A program made the position numbers and the translations under genes. A DNA stretch of 64,000 nt from Acidobacteriota bacterium (GTDB lineage: Bacteria; Acidobacteriota; Vicinamibacteria; Vicinamibacterales; UBA2999), in assembly GCA_020851565.1 (NCBI GenBank), contig JADZCN010000020.1, forward strand, positions 2,187 to 66,186, read 5' to 3'. The number at the start of each line of letters is the position of its first letter. Positions within the stretch are counted from its first letter, which is position 1. The notes beneath the pieces were generated by a model. It did not search any database. It saw only the letters and a program-made list of their open reading frames with translations, and was not told the origin of the DNA. Of this stretch, positions 45,194 to 54,054 are shown piece after piece.

Positions 45194-46897
45194 TCAGCGC
45201 GCGGCGCCGAGCATGTCGGGGCCCAGCGTCACATCGGCCGCCGCCCATGCCTCCTCGAACGCTTTGCGCGCGCCAGTCACGTCGCCCTTCTTCTGGGCCT
45301 CGAGGCTCTTCCACACGCCGTACAGCGACCGCGGGTTGCCGACGTTGCGGTCGAGATCGGCGCGAAACGCCTTCTCGGCCTGATCGGGCCGGCCGGCGGC
45401 GAGCAACTCCGCGCCGAGCCGCTCGCGGGTGGGCAGCAGCCAGTCCGGCGGCTCGTTGTAGCCCAGCGAGTCCTCCGCCGCCACCGCGCGGGTGAACGCG
45501 GCCACGGCCGCGGCGTGGTCACCCTGCGCCGACGCGATGCGCCCGGCGAGATCGGCGTCGGCCACGGCGAGGATCGCGCGGCCGGGATTCGTCATGCTGA
45601 TCATCAGGTCCTCGGGCACCTTCTTCGTGGCCTCGGCCATCGCCTGCTGCTCGCGCACGGCCTCGTCCACCTTCCCCTGCCCCGCCAGCGCCACGCCACG
45701 GATGTAGTGGAACAGCGCCGCCTGCACGGTGCGCGTGGCCGGGGGCGCCTTCACCTGCAGTGCGTCGGCCCAGCGGCCGAAGCGCAGCAGCACCCAGCCT
45801 TCCTGCAGGGCGTACGGCTCGAGCATCGGCGACATGTCGGCCATCGGCTCGAGGAGTTCCACCGTTCGCCGCGCGGCACGGCGCGCCTGGGCAAAGCTGC
45901 CCGCGAACATCGCGGCCGCCGACTCGAACTGCAGGTTGTGGCCGTAGTACATCGCCGGGTACATCCCCTGCTGGCCGGCCACCTTGAAGTACCCCTCGTC
46001 CACCCGCGCGGCGTCGGCATTGCTCTTCGCGGAGCGCGCGTACTGCCCGGTGCGGATGTAGATGTGCGCCGGCATGTGGACCAGGTGGCCGGCGCCCGGC
46101 ACCAGCGTCTCGAGGCGCTTCGCGGATTCGTTCGCGCGCGCCGGCGTCTTCGACGCCTCCACGGCGTGGATGTAGTAGTGGTTCGCCCCCGGGTGCTCGG
46201 GATGCTGGGCGAGCACGCGCTCGAGCGTCGCGACGATCTTGTCCGTGCCCGGCGCCGGCTTGCCCTCGGCATCGTACAGCCGCCACGGCGTCAGGTTCAT
46301 CAGGCTCTCGGCATAGAGCGTGTTCACGTCCGCGTCCTCGGGATGCCGCGCGGCAATCTCGCCCATGGCGTCCGAGTAGGCCTGCTCGCGTGGAGCCTGG
46401 TCCCCGGAGGGACTCGCGACGTACCGCTTCGCGAGGGCCGCGATCAGCTCCTGCTCCACCCCGCTGCCGTTGGCCGCGCGCGCCTGCGCGGCCGCCAGGT
46501 GCGTGTACGCCTTCGCCACACGCTCGGCGGGCGCCGGGTCGTTGATGTTGCTGCCTAGCGCAAGCGCCATGCCCCAGTGCGGCATCGGCGCCCGATCATC
46601 CAACGCCGCGGCACGCGCGAACGAGCGGAACGCCTCGTCGTGGTTGAAGCCGTAGAGCAGCGTGAGCCCCTCGTCGAAGAACTGCTGGGCCTCCGCGCTC
46701 GTGGTGGTGATCGCGCGCGCGTACTTGCCGAGATTGCCGATCAGTCTCGTCCGCGACGCGGGCGCGGCCGCGTCGGCCGCGTGCTCCGGGTGCGCCGCCG
46801 TGTCGGCCGCCGGCGCCGGCGGTGGCTGCTGCGACGAGCAGGCCACCAGGAAGACAAGGGCGGCGCCGGTGAAGACGAGTCGCGGGAGCGGGGACAT
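45194..46897 (-). CDS. TPR-like helical-repeat lipoprotein, unknown function
   Basis: Start MSPLPRLVFTGAALVFLVACSS (lipobox). Helical repeats throughout. 567 aa. Confidence 0.65.
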   Translation of the reverse strand: MSPLPRLVFTGAALVFLVACSSQQPPPAPAADTAAHPEHAADAAAPASRTRLIGNLGKYARAITTTSAEAQQFFDEGLTLLYGFNHDEAFRSFARAAALDDRAPMPHWGMALALGSNINDPAPAERVAKAYTHLAAAQARAANGSGVEQELIAALAKRYVASPSGDQAPREQAYSDAMGEIAARHPEDADVNTLYAESLMNLTPWRLYDAEGKPAPGTDKIVATLERVLAQHPEHPGANHYYIHAVEASKTPARANESAKRLETLVPGAGHLVHMPAHIYIRTGQYARSAKSNADAARVDEGYFKVAGQQGMYPAMYYGHNLQFESAAAMFAGSFAQARRAARRTVELLEPMADMSPMLEPYALQEGWVLLRFGRWADALQVKAPPATRTVQAALFHYIRGVALAGQGKVDEAVREQQAMAEATKKVPEDLMISMTNPGRAILAVADADLAGRIASAQGDHAAAVAAFTRAVAAEDSLGYNEPPDWLLPTRERLGAELLAAGRPDQAEKAFRADLDRNVGNPRSLYGVWKSLEAQKKGDVTGARKAFEEAWAAADVTLGPDMLGAAR

Positions 46898-46907
46898 GGG
46901 CCTCTCC

Positions 46908-46960
46908 TTCGTGCTTTGAACGTCCGTGCTTCGAACGCCCGTGCTTCGAACCTCCGTGCC
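46908..46960. repeat. 14-mer CGTGCTTCGAACNC tandem array (3.5 units)
   Basis: ttcgtgctttgaacgtccgtgcttcgaacgcccgtgcttcgaacctccgtgcc. Reverse complement of the 21879-21950 family. Confidence 0.9.
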
Positions 46961-47940
46961 TATTCCCACCATGTGACGAGCAACTGTACCATCTGCGCCC
47001 CCATCAACAGGCTCGCGACCGTCAGGTGCAGCACCTGCGCCGCGGGCGCCAGCGACACGAACGCCATGATGCCACCGATCATCACCTGCAGCGCCGCCAA
47101 TCCGATCACGGCGTACGTCCATTGGAGGATGACCCTCTCGCGCGGGTGCTTCGACCACGCCACGAGCAGCGAGATCATCGCCAGCGACATGACGGCCAGC
47201 GCGGCCGTGCGGTGCACGCTATCGAGGGTGCCCACCGTGGCCAGCGCGGCCTCCCGCGCCACGCCGTGGTCCAGCGCGTCGTCGATGTTCCCGCGCACCT
47301 GCGTGCCGATGGCCACCTGGCCGAGCGTCACGAGAATCATGATGACGATGGTGGCGAGCAGCGTCGTGCGCGGTGCCCGCTCGTCCTCGTCCGCAACCGA
47401 GGAGCCGGGGCGGCCGGTCAGGGCCAGGACCGGCCGTCGATACATGGCGTAGACCGTCGCATAGAGCAGCAGCAGGACGATGACGATGGCGACGACGAGG
47501 TGCGCGGTGACGATCCAGGGCGCCAGCTCGTGCGCGACCACGCGACCGCCCAGCCAGCCCTCGTAGGCCGTGAGCAGCAGGGCGATGACCGTCGGCCACA
47601 GGATGTGCGCATCCCGCCGGTGATGCCGCCATGCCGAAATCGTCGTCGCGAGGATGGCGAAGCCGGTGGTCACGCCGAGCAGACGGTTCAGGTACTCCGT
47701 CCACATCAGCGTCGGGTTGAACTGCGAGGGGTCGAACTGGGGCGGAAGCTCGGCGGCAGAAGCCGGCGGGAACCAGGAGCCAAAGCACCGAGGCCAGTCG
47801 GGGCAGCCCAGACCGGCGCCCGAGGCGCGGACGAGCCCACCCACGAGGATGAGCAGATAGGTGATGGCGGTGGTGCAGAGCGCGAGGCGCACGAATGGGG
47901 TGCGTGCCCTATGAACGGTCACGTGCCCATTATCCGCCAC
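46960..47940 (-). CDS. ctaA: COX15/CtaA family haem A synthase
   Basis: GLGCPDWPRCFG motif, multiple TM helices with conserved His. GTG start at 47940. Confidence 0.85.
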   Translation of the reverse strand: MADNGHVTVHRARTPFVRLALCTTAITYLLILVGGLVRASGAGLGCPDWPRCFGSWFPPASAAELPPQFDPSQFNPTLMWTEYLNRLLGVTTGFAILATTISAWRHHRRDAHILWPTVIALLLTAYEGWLGGRVVAHELAPWIVTAHLVVAIVIVLLLLYATVYAMYRRPVLALTGRPGSSVADEDERAPRTTLLATIVIMILVTLGQVAIGTQVRGNIDDALDHGVAREAALATVGTLDSVHRTAALAVMSLAMISLLVAWSKHPRERVILQWTYAVIGLAALQVMIGGIMAFVSLAPAAQVLHLTVASLLMGAQMVQLLVTWWE

Positions 47941-48062
47941 GAGCCGGCGGACAAGTCGTCAGTCCGGCTGACTTTCACCCCAGATGATGAGGCGACCTGG
48001 CTGACCACCGATGATGGCGCGTTGCACGATGCTGCCTCCTCTCTCACTAGACGGAAGCGTCA

Positions 48063-48076
48063 AACGGAATTCCGTT
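48063..48076. promoter_or_regulatory. perfect 14-bp palindrome in divergent ctaA / asparaginase gap
   Basis: AACGGAATTCCGTT in a locally AT-rich patch, 77 nt upstream of ATG 48153. Confidence 0.35.
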
Positions 48077-48152
48077 CCCTCACGAAAATATTGCCGCCGG
48101 GCCGGAAGCCGGGAACTCTGGTAGGATGCCGCCCGTTCAGGAGGTCCTCGGC

Positions 48153-49265
48153 ATGTCCCAGACGCTCACCCGCCGCCAGTTCGTCCAGACCAGCACCGCC
48201 GCGGGGGTGGCGCTGGCCACCCCGGCTACGCTCTTCGGGAAGGCCCCCGCCATCCAGACCGGGGTGAAGCCCGTGGTCATCTCGTCGGACAACGGCAACG
48301 TGTACAAGAACGGGGGGACGAAAACCGGCGTCCAGGTGGCCTTCGACATGATCACGAAGGGCTCGGACGTGCTCGACGCGCTCGTCGCGGGCGTCAACCT
48401 GTGCGAGCTCGACCCGGCCGACACCAGCGTGGGCTACGGTGGGCTGCCAAACGCGGACGGCGTGGTCCAGCTGGACTCGTGCTGCATGCACGGGCCGACG
48501 AAGCGGGCCGGCGGCGTGGCCGGCCTCGAGGGCGTGCGGACACCCTCCCTGGTCGCGAAGGCCGTGCTCGAGAGCACCGACCATCACCTGCTCGTCGGCA
48601 AGGGCGCGCAGGACTTCGCGCGCAACATGGGCTTCAGGATCGAGGACGACCTGAACACCGAGAAATCGCGCGGGCTGTGGCTGGAGTGGAAGCGCCGGAT
48701 CGACCCGGAGCACTATCTCGATCCGAAGAAGCGCGGCGACGCGATGATGATGGCCGGCCTGGGCATGGTGCGCGACGGCCTGATCGACCCGGACCACTTC
48801 TGGGGAACCATCAACTGCGACGGCGTCAACAGCAAGGGCGAGGTGTGCGGCGTCACGACGACCAGCGGTCTCGCGTGGAAGATTCCCGGCCGCGTGGGCG
48901 ATTCCCCCATCCTGGGCGCCGGGCTCTACGTGGACGGCGAGGTGGGCGCCGCCGGCTCCACCGGGCGCGGCGAGGCCAATCTCTACAACCTCTGCTCGTT
49001 CCTCATCGTCGAGCAGATGCGGATGGGGAAATCGCCGAAGGACGCCGGCATGGAGGCCCTCCGGCGCGTGCAGCAGAACACGGTCGAGAAGCGCCTGCTG
49101 AACGCGCGCGGCCTTCCCAACTTCGGCCTGAGCTTCTACATCGTCAACAAGAAGGGGGAGTACGCGGGGGTGTCGATGTACCAGTCCCGCTACGCGGTGT
49201 GCACCGAGAACGGGCCGCAGACGGTGAGCACTGAAGCGCTCCTGGAAGGCCGCGCTGGTGAATAG
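48153..49265 (+). CDS. Tat-exported Ntn-hydrolase, glycosylasparaginase / isoaspartyl peptidase family
   Basis: AGGAGG 8 nt upstream. Tat signal TRRQFVQTSTAAGVALA. FWGTINCDG (putative nucleophile Thr), GEVGAAGSTGRGEANL. Confidence 0.85.
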   Translation: MSQTLTRRQFVQTSTAAGVALATPATLFGKAPAIQTGVKPVVISSDNGNVYKNGGTKTGVQVAFDMITKGSDVLDALVAGVNLCELDPADTSVGYGGLPNADGVVQLDSCCMHGPTKRAGGVAGLEGVRTPSLVAKAVLESTDHHLLVGKGAQDFARNMGFRIEDDLNTEKSRGLWLEWKRRIDPEHYLDPKKRGDAMMMAGLGMVRDGLIDPDHFWGTINCDGVNSKGEVCGVTTTSGLAWKIPGRVGDSPILGAGLYVDGEVGAAGSTGRGEANLYNLCSFLIVEQMRMGKSPKDAGMEALRRVQQNTVEKRLLNARGLPNFGLSFYIVNKKGEYAGVSMYQSRYAVCTENGPQTVSTEALLEGRAGE

Positions 49266-49268
49266 CGC

Positions 49269-49545
49269 CCATTGGCGATTGCCGATTGACGATTGAGCGA
49301 TTCACTGATGATTGAGTGATTGGGGCATTGCGCATTGGGATTGGAGCATTGAGCGATTGGGGAATTGCGGGATTCGGGATTCCCGTCCGGCGAACCCGTC
49401 GAGTCGCGACGTTGTCGGGCGCCAGCGCGACGAGCACCCGAATCACACAATCGCTCAATCACTCAATTGCCCAGTCCAATGCGCAATGCCCCAATCACTC
49501 AATCGTCAGTGAATCGCTCAATCGGCAATCGTCAATCACCAATGG
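49269..49545. repeat. 277-nt long inverted repeat (two ~109-nt GATTG-rich arms, 58-nt GC-rich centre)
   Basis: Left arm 49269-49378 versus the reverse complement of 49437-49545. The first ~70 nt differ at about 5 positions (ccattggYgattg...gattggggcattgcgcattgg). Both arms end in gattcggg. Confidence 0.9.
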
Positions 49546-49560
49546 ACGTGCTCCCGACAG

Positions 49561-50112
49561 TCAGCGTTTCGGAATAGTCCAGTAGTAAACCTTGCGCCCC
49601 TCGACGTCCAGCTCCTTCTCCGGCTTCCAGTCGCCCATGTCGAAGGCGTGCGAGACGATGCGGGTGCCCGGCTTCAGCTCCTTCATCAGCTTGGGCATCA
49701 GCTTCACGTTCAGGGAGGGCAGCAGGTAGAGCGTGACCACGGTGGCCTGGCTCAGGTCCTGCTCGAACAGGTCGCCCTGGACGATCCTCACCCGGTCGCC
49801 CACGTTGTTCTTGGCGACGTTCTCGTTCGCTTCCTTGATACGCTGGGGATCGATGTCGATCCCGACCCCGCGCGCGCCGTATTTCTTCGCGGCGGTCACG
49901 GGAATGCGGCCGTCACCACAGCCGAGGTCGTACACGATATCGTTCTTGCCAACGTTGGCGACCTGCAGCATGGCTTCGACGACGGCCTCGGGGGTGGGCA
50001 CGTAGATGACATCCGGACGGCGCGTCGGGGCGTCCTGCGCGAGCGCAACCGCGGCGCCGGGCAGGCTGGCCACGACCATCGTGGCAACCAGGGCAATGGA
50101 ACGAATCGACAT
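49561..50112 (-). CDS. class I SAM-dependent methyltransferase with Sec signal peptide
   Basis: MSIRSIALVATMVVASLPGAAVALAQ. SAM motif I VYDLGCGDGRI. GGAGG RBS. Confidence 0.8.
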   Translation of the reverse strand: MSIRSIALVATMVVASLPGAAVALAQDAPTRRPDVIYVPTPEAVVEAMLQVANVGKNDIVYDLGCGDGRIPVTAAKKYGARGVGIDIDPQRIKEANENVAKNNVGDRVRIVQGDLFEQDLSQATVVTLYLLPSLNVKLMPKLMKELKPGTRIVSHAFDMGDWKPEKELDVEGRKVYYWTIPKR

Positions 50113-50136
50113 GCGCGGGAACCTCCTGGATCGTGC

Positions 50137-51906
50137 GTGAGCGACGAGTATAGATCACGGCCCGCGGGCCGCTGGCTGGCCTGGGTGGCGCTCGCGCTGG
50201 CCGCGATGCTTGCGGCCCTGGCCGTGCCGGCCGTGCGCCACCTGCGGGAGGAGCCGCCTCCCCCGCCAACTCCGCTGCGTGCCACCTGGACCGCTCCGCC
50301 CGACGTGCAACCCGGCGCAGGGCCCGACTTCCCGTTTGGACTGGCCATCGCTCCGGACGGCCGGCGGGTGGTATTCCCCGGCGCGCGCGACGGCGTCGTC
50401 CAGCTGTGGCTGCAGGACCTCAGGACAGGCTCGACCACGCCGCTGCCGGGGACCGAGACGGCGACGCTGCCCTTCTGGTCACCGGACGGAGCACGCATTG
50501 GGTTCTTCGCCGCTGGCGCCATTCGCTCGTTCACCCTCGAGGGAGCGTCCGTCGACGAGCTGGCCCCTGCCGAGATGCCGCGAGGAGCGTCGTGGAACGC
50601 GCAGGGCGACCTCGTCTTTGCAGCCGGGGCCGACAGCGGCCTGACCATCAGGGCGGCCAGCGGCGAGACGCGGGTGCTGACGGCACCGGACACGGCTGCC
50701 GGCGAGCTGGGGCATGCCTTCCCCGTGTTCCTGCCCGACGGCGAACATCTCGTCTTTTTCGTGCGCGCCAGGGCCGAGGCCCAGGCCAGGCAGGGGGTGT
50801 GGCTCACCTCGCTCGGGGACCCCTCGCGGCGCGAGCGGCTGGTGGGCACGGCCTCGCACGGGATGGTCGTGGCCGACCGCCTGATCTCTTCGAACGACGG
50901 CGCACTGGTGGCTCAGGCGCTCGACGTGGGCGAGCGCCGGCTCACCGGGCGGGCGACGGTGCTGGGCGTCAGCGTCGGGCAGACAGTGCAGGGGCAGCTG
51001 CTGGCCGCGGCTGCCGCGGACGTGCTCATCTACAGCCCTCCGGTGTCGTCACTGCGCCAGCTCGCGTGGGTCACGCGGGATGGCGAGCCGGCCGGCACGC
51101 TCGGCTCGCCGGGCGATCTGTGGTCCGTGCGCATCGCGCCGGACGGCCGTCGCGTGGTGGCGACGGTGCTCGAGCCGTTGCTCCGGACGCTCGACGTGGT
51201 GCTGTACGACGGCGCGAGCCTCATGCCGACGCGCGTGTCGCTCTCCATCGACGCGGACGAGTCGCCGGCGTGGTCGCCCGACGGACTGCGCGTGGGGTGG
51301 ATTTCGGCGGGTCGCGCGCTCACGGTGCGCGGCGCCGGGGCGGTGCTGCCGGCCGAAACCGTCCGCCGGTTCGACGAGCCGGTGCGCGTCACGGACTGGA
51401 TGCCGGACGGCCGCTCCGTCGTCGTCTCGCGGACAATGGCCGCGACGCGCGAGGACCTGTGGATCGTGCCGGTGAGGGGCGAGGGCGAGCCCCGCGCCGT
51501 GGTGGAGACCCCGTTCGCGGACGTGCAGGGGGTGGTTTCGCCGGACGGCCGCTGGCTGGCGTACGCGTCTGACGAATCCGGCCGGTTCGAGATCTATGTG
51601 GAGGGGCTACGGGACCGCTCCCCTGGGCCCGGCACGCGCGAGCGCGTGACGAGCGGAGGGGGCAGCGATCCGCGATGGAGCCGCGACGGCCGCGGGGTGT
51701 TCTTCCGACGCGGATCGGCAATCCACGTTGCCACGCCGGCATTAGGAAGGGGACTGAACGCCGCGGCTGCGACGTCCACGCTATTTGATACGAGAATGGA
51801 CCTCAGAACGTTCGACGTGACACCCGACGGCCAGCGGTTCCTGCTGAATCTGCCCGCCGCGCCCGCCGCCGCCCCACCCGCGACGCTGCTGGTCAACTGG
51901 CGCTAA
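50137..51906 (+). CDS. membrane-anchored PD40 (TolB-like) beta-propeller protein
   Basis: GTG 50137 chosen to include the TM WLAWVALALAAMLAALAV (alternatives GTG 50185, ATG 50206). Repeated APDG/SPDG blades. Confidence 0.7.
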   Translation: MSDEYRSRPAGRWLAWVALALAAMLAALAVPAVRHLREEPPPPPTPLRATWTAPPDVQPGAGPDFPFGLAIAPDGRRVVFPGARDGVVQLWLQDLRTGSTTPLPGTETATLPFWSPDGARIGFFAAGAIRSFTLEGASVDELAPAEMPRGASWNAQGDLVFAAGADSGLTIRAASGETRVLTAPDTAAGELGHAFPVFLPDGEHLVFFVRARAEAQARQGVWLTSLGDPSRRERLVGTASHGMVVADRLISSNDGALVAQALDVGERRLTGRATVLGVSVGQTVQGQLLAAAAADVLIYSPPVSSLRQLAWVTRDGEPAGTLGSPGDLWSVRIAPDGRRVVATVLEPLLRTLDVVLYDGASLMPTRVSLSIDADESPAWSPDGLRVGWISAGRALTVRGAGAVLPAETVRRFDEPVRVTDWMPDGRSVVVSRTMAATREDLWIVPVRGEGEPRAVVETPFADVQGVVSPDGRWLAYASDESGRFEIYVEGLRDRSPGPGTRERVTSGGGSDPRWSRDGRGVFFRRGSAIHVATPALGRGLNAAAATSTLFDTRMDLRTFDVTPDGQRFLLNLPAAPAAAPPATLLVNWR

Positions 51907-51920
51907 GCCCTTCAGGGTCT

Positions 51921-51968
51921 TTCACTTCTGACGCCTCACTTCTGACGCCTCACTTCTCATTTCTCACG
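51921..51968. repeat. 14-mer CTCACTTCTGACGC tandem repeat (about 3 units)
   Basis: ttcacttctgacgcctcacttctgacgcctcacttctcatttctcacg between convergent genes. Overlaps the xth stop codon. Confidence 0.85.
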
Positions 51969-52731
51969 TTTCGTCACCGAAGGTGACGACAACCGGCCCG
52001 TGGTCGCTCGTGCCGATCTCGCGCTGCACGACGGCCGAGGTCGCCCGCGCCGCCAACGGGGTGGATGCGAGGACGTAGTCGATGCGCCAGCCGATGTTGC
52101 GCTGCTTCAGGTTGCGCCAGGGCGCCCACCAGGTGAAGAGGTCGTCGTTGTCGGGATCGAGAGTGCGCCCCAGGTCCACGAGGCCGCGCGAGAGCACCCG
52201 TTCGAGCGACGCCCGCTCGTCCGCGCGTGCGCCGATCTGGTTCGGCTTCCGCTCCTTCGGGTGGATGTCCCGGTCCGTGCGCGCCACGTTGAGGTCGCCG
52301 CAGACCACCAGCCGCCGCTGGTCACGGGCCGCATCCTCGGCCCACATGTCGAGCGCCGCGAGAAACCGCAGCTTGGCGTCGTAGTCCTTGCCGCCGTTCG
52401 GGACGTAGACCGAGGCCACGGTGATGGGCGATGCGCCCACGAGCAGGTCGAGCGTCGCGATACGCTGCTCGAAGTCGAACGCGGGGTGTTCCACCGACGG
52501 CTGGGCAACGGCCAACGCCTTGGAGACGAGCAGTGCCACGCCGGAGTAGCCTTTCTGCCCGTGCCAGAGGGCCCAGTAGCCATCCACGTCCCGGAGGTCG
52601 AACGGCAACTGGTCGATCGACGCCTTGATCTCCTGAAGGCAGACGACGTCGGGGCGCTCGGCCGCGAGCCATGCCAGCAGCTCCCCCTGTCGCGCGCGGA
52701 CCCCATTCACGTTCCAGGTGGCCACTTTCAC
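51964..52731 (-). CDS. xth: exodeoxyribonuclease III
   Basis: MKVATWNVNG, VCLQEIK, GTSDHGPV. 255 aa. Confidence 0.9.
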   Translation of the reverse strand: MKVATWNVNGVRARQGELLAWLAAERPDVVCLQEIKASIDQLPFDLRDVDGYWALWHGQKGYSGVALLVSKALAVAQPSVEHPAFDFEQRIATLDLLVGASPITVASVYVPNGGKDYDAKLRFLAALDMWAEDAARDQRRLVVCGDLNVARTDRDIHPKERKPNQIGARADERASLERVLSRGLVDLGRTLDPDNDDLFTWWAPWRNLKQRNIGWRIDYVLASTPLAARATSAVVQREIGTSDHGPVVVTFGDET

Positions 52732-52810
52732 CGATCCGCTCTCCTCTGCGACATGTTGGCTACGACCCTGGCGCGTCCGACGGGCTGACGGCCCGCTCGC
52801 GGCGCGGGAC

Positions 52811-52883
52811 GCCGCCCACCGCGCCGCCAGCGCGGCCCACGGTGCGAAGCGCCGCCCACCCGCGGCCCACGCGCGAAGCGCGC
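52811..52883. repeat. GC-rich degenerate spacer repeat (GCCGCCCACC / CGCGGCCCAC / GCGAAGCGC words, 2 units)
   Basis: gccgcccaccgcgccgccagcgcggcccacggtgcgaagc gccgcccacccgcggcccacgcgcgaagcgcgcc. The 16-mer GCGAAGCGCCGCCCAC (52844-52859) recurs inverted at 18375-18390. Confidence 0.75.
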
Positions 52884-52885
52884 CT

Positions 52886-53965
52886 CTACTGTACCCGTCC
52901 CTCGATCTGATCGTAGGCGCGGTAGACGCCGTGGTTCAGGATGCCCACCTCGCGGATCGTCGGGTAATTCGCGGAGTGCGAGCGCAGGTCGATGCGGCGG
53001 GCGGCCTCCTCGGCGCTCAGCCCCTCGTCGTGCAGCCGCCTGGCCTGCTGCCAGAAGTCTTTCAGGTACGCCTGGAAGTGGTCGATCTTCGCCTTGCCCT
53101 GGAACGCGTCCCCGTGGCCGGGCAGCACCCAGTCGAACTCGAGCGCGCGCAGGCGATCGAGCGTCTCGACCCATTCGGTGACGTAGGCGTCGCCCAGATA
53201 GGACGGGCCCGCGCCGAGCAGGTCGCCCGAGGCCACGACGCGCTCCTTCGGCAGGTACACGACGACGTCGCCGCCGGTGTGGCCACGACCGAGGAACAGC
53301 AGCCGGATCTCGCGACCACCGCGGTGCAGCGTCAACGAATCGGTGAGCGTCACGGTGGGCGGCTGCGGCTTCACGCTGGCCGTCGCGAGCTGGTACTGCT
53401 CCTGCACCCTCAGCTGATCACCCAGTTTCCGCTTCGCGTCGGCGTCGGCCATCGCCTCCACCTGTTTGCGCAGCTCGGCGATCTGCGACGGGATGGCCCC
53501 GATGAACATGTCGTACGAGCGGCCGCGCATCGACTCGCCCGACGCGAGCATGCGGCGCGTGAACTCGTGCCCGATGATCTCCACGCCCGGCCCGTAGATC
53601 TGGTTGCCGTGCGCATGGTCCCAGTGGAAGTGCGTGTTGATCACATAGCGGATCGGCTTGTCGGTGAGGGTCTTCACCTGCTCGGCGAGGGCCCACGCCG
53701 CCGCGGGCGTGCTGTGCGAGTCCACGATGAGCACGTCCTCGTCGTTCACGATGATCGACGCGTTGCACCCGACGGAGAGGGCCCCGGTGCCGACGGCATG
53801 GTAGATGCCAGCCTTCACCTCGGTGAACCGGAACGCCGCGCCGCTGAACTCGGCGCCGGGGGGCCTGGGCCGCTGCGCGGCGCCGGTCTGCACCACGATG
53901 GCGATGGTGCCGGCACAAACAAGGGCGGAGAGAACGGCGACGCGTCGGGGCATGGTGGACAACAT
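52886..53965 (-). CDS. MBL-fold metallo-hydrolase, exported
   Basis: Start MLSTMPRRVAVLSALVCAGTIAIV (or ATG 53953). HxHxDH motif NTHFHWDHAHG. Confidence 0.85.
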   Translation of the reverse strand: MLSTMPRRVAVLSALVCAGTIAIVVQTGAAQRPRPPGAEFSGAAFRFTEVKAGIYHAVGTGALSVGCNASIIVNDEDVLIVDSHSTPAAAWALAEQVKTLTDKPIRYVINTHFHWDHAHGNQIYGPGVEIIGHEFTRRMLASGESMRGRSYDMFIGAIPSQIAELRKQVEAMADADAKRKLGDQLRVQEQYQLATASVKPQPPTVTLTDSLTLHRGGREIRLLFLGRGHTGGDVVVYLPKERVVASGDLLGAGPSYLGDAYVTEWVETLDRLRALEFDWVLPGHGDAFQGKAKIDHFQAYLKDFWQQARRLHDEGLSAEEAARRIDLRSHSANYPTIREVGILNHGVYRAYDQIEGRVQ

Positions 53966-53970
53966 GATAC

Positions 53971-54010
53971 GGGAGTCGGGAGTCGGGAGTCGGTCGACGC
54001 GAGTCGGGAG
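53971..54010. repeat. GGGAGTC 7-mer tandem array
   Basis: gggagtcgggagtcgggagtcggtcgacgcgagtcgggag, 6 nt upstream of the MBL start codon. Confidence 0.85.
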
Positions 54011-54054
54011 AGAGGCGTGCCCACCGAGGCGGCGCCTGAGGGGCCAGGGGCCGT

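Noticed and set aside
49269-49545. The inverted-repeat loci (also 34973-35057, 55144-55336, 40129-40546) as insertion sequences or transposons
   Set aside because: No transposase, integrase or recombinase ORF lies inside or nearby, and I could not identify target-site duplications by eye. At most they are non-autonomous foldback elements, so they are reported as repeats only.
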